63,714 nucleotides of DNA. Origin: Actinomycetes bacterium. GTDB lineage: Bacteria; Actinomycetota; Acidimicrobiia; Acidimicrobiales; Palsa-688. The notes under the pieces are model-generated. The model worked only from the letters and a program-made list of their open reading frames with translations, did not search any database and was not told where the DNA came from. Shown one piece after another: positions 62,560 to 63,714 of this stretch. The translations under genes were made by a program, and so were the position numbers. The stretch covers positions 1-63,714 of the forward strand of contig JAJYMM010000097.1 in NCBI GenBank assembly GCA_021787035.1, given 5' to 3'. Numbering within the stretch: the stretch's first letter is position 1; every line of letters starts with the position of its first letter.

Positions 62560-63714
62560 ATGGAACTACGCAAACCGCGAAGCCCGGTGGGCAAAGCCGT
62601 GAACATGCTCGTTGCGGCTGGCACCATCGCGGGGCTCTGTTTGGGCTGGAACGTGGGCACAGCCTTCGCTCAGAGCTCGAGCGTCGGTGGCATCGGTGTC
62701 AGCGCCACCATCGGCGGTGGCACCAGCGACCCCAACGCCAAGCCTACGGTCGAGTGTGCTTGGATGCTCACAGACGACAACGCCGCCGGCGGTGGGGAGA
62801 CCCAGCAGTACTCCTTCGCCGAAGGCAAGGACGTCGGCCCGACCAACACGAGCGTAAGCACCATCAACTACACCCAGCCCTCGCAGAGCCCAGGGGCACC
62901 AGCGTCTGGCAGCCCCAATGCTCCTTCGTTCGGCGGGTCCCCCAATTCCGCGACGTCGTTCACCTACGGTGACGACGACAACCCGTCGGCGTACCTGACC
63001 ACGCCCAACTGCACGTCGACAGGCGCGGCAACGAGCCAGCCCAGCCAGCTTTCGGGCTCCCAGGCCTCGCCCGTGTCGACCGGCATCCAGGTGCTCCCCA
63101 ATGCCTTCGACAGCCCCGCGCCCAGGCGCCTCGTCATCTGGTCAGCCGTCGACAACGCGACCGCAGTCAACTTCAACGTTTTCTACCCCAACGGGACAGA
63201 AGACACCGACCTCGGCGCCGTCCAGATAGGCGGGAGCCCCCAAGCGTGCTCCAGCTACACCTCCGCGGGCAGCCTGCTCAATACGATGTTCAACTGGGCC
63301 GGCCCCTCGCACTCCAACCAGGTGAGCTCCACTGCTATCACGAACCCAACCGGGACGGGCATCGTCGACCTTTGCAACGACAACGAGAAGAGCCTCTGGT
63401 ACCAAGCCTTCACCGTCTCCAAGGACGACCCCAACGGCACCTACACGGTCGAGGTACAGGCCATAAATAGCGCCGGCACCACGGAGTCGTGGCTCAGCTT
63501 CTACGTGATCCCCTTCTTCGACCTCGCCGTCGACTTCAGCTCCGTCAACATCAACTGCAGCTCGACGACCCCTGTAGTCTGCTTCGCTAGCGGCGATACG
63601 AGTTGGGATCCGCCCAGCTCCACGTTGCCGACCGTGACAAATGGGGGCAACCAGGGCATGCAGGTGGGTGTCACGTTCTCCACGCTTACCTACACCCCGC
63701 CGACGGGGAGCCCG
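62560..63714 (+). CDS. secreted Ser/Thr/Asn/Gly-rich protein, 5'-partial view (runs off the window end)
   Basis: The ATG at 62560 follows a CAGGAGGAAAG SD. Signal peptide MELRKPRSPVGKAVNMLVAAGTIAGLCLGWNVGTAFAQ. The open frame is continuous to position 63714. It is not in the ORF track because there is no stop within the window. Confidence 0.6.
   Translation, partial: MELRKPRSPVGKAVNMLVAAGTIAGLCLGWNVGTAFAQSSSVGGIGVSATIGGGTSDPNAKPTVECAWMLTDDNAAGGGETQQYSFAEGKDVGPTNTSVSTINYTQPSQSPGAPASGSPNAPSFGGSPNSATSFTYGDDDNPSAYLTTPNCTSTGAATSQPSQLSGSQASPVSTGIQVLPNAFDSPAPRRLVIWSAVDNATAVNFNVFYPNGTEDTDLGAVQIGGSPQACSSYTSAGSLLNTMFNWAGPSHSNQVSSTAITNPTGTGIVDLCNDNEKSLWYQAFTVSKDDPNGTYTVEVQAINSAGTTESWLSFYVIPFFDLAVDFSSVNINCSSTTPVVCFASGDTSWDPPSSTLPTVTNGGNQGMQVGVTFSTLTYTPPTGSP

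Overview
This is a high-GC (~70%) actinobacterial chromosomal segment, identified by MtrAB followed by a GerMN lipoprotein, the proteasome activator Bpa, and the def-fmt-rsmB genes. It is mostly housekeeping with several accessory modules. In order:
- A menaquinone block (menH, menA, menE).
- An nfeD-flotillin operon.
- An LCM-family methyltransferase and a YyaL thioredoxin-domain protein.
- Two hypothetical proteins.
- dnaE1, bpa, an MFS transporter, a cold-shock-domain protein, mogA and rpe.
- mtrA, mtrB and a GerMN lipoprotein.
- A sulfation island: a PAPS-type sulfotransferase, an MFS transporter fused in-frame to an arylsulfotransferase (ASST)-like beta-propeller, and two further TAT-secreted ASST-like paralogs.
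- rsmB-fmt-def.
- A copper/thiol-redox island: a Met-rich cupredoxin, divergently transcribed from SHOCT, CsoR, an OmpR-type response regulator and histidine kinase, an ICMT-like methyltransferase, a small His/Met/Cys-rich membrane protein, a CcdA/DsbD-like protein, a TlpA-like redoxin and a glutaredoxin-like protein.
- A putative ZTP riboswitch upstream of glyA.
- Three RNA-methyltransferase/YdcF-type genes, a large polytopic membrane protein, and a class F sortase with a putative substrate.
- A myo-inositol catabolic operon (mmsA/iolA, iolD, iolB, iolG, iolE, iolG2) with its ABC transporter and an IclR regulator.
- Transaldolase, a glycerophosphodiester phosphodiesterase, an Fe(III)-type ABC importer, and a partial secreted S/T/N/G-rich protein.

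The two observations I rate highest are:
1. About 19 independent short-period (13-18 bp, one 65 bp, one 6 bp) tandem arrays sit mostly at gene boundaries. Many are in-frame and add pentapeptide repeats to essential proteins (DnaE, RsmB, Fmt, IolB, MenH, MtrA).
2. The sulfotransferase/MFS-ASST/ASST island, which looks like an undescribed trans-envelope sulfuryl-transfer system.

No rRNA, tRNA, CRISPR, integrase or transposase was seen.
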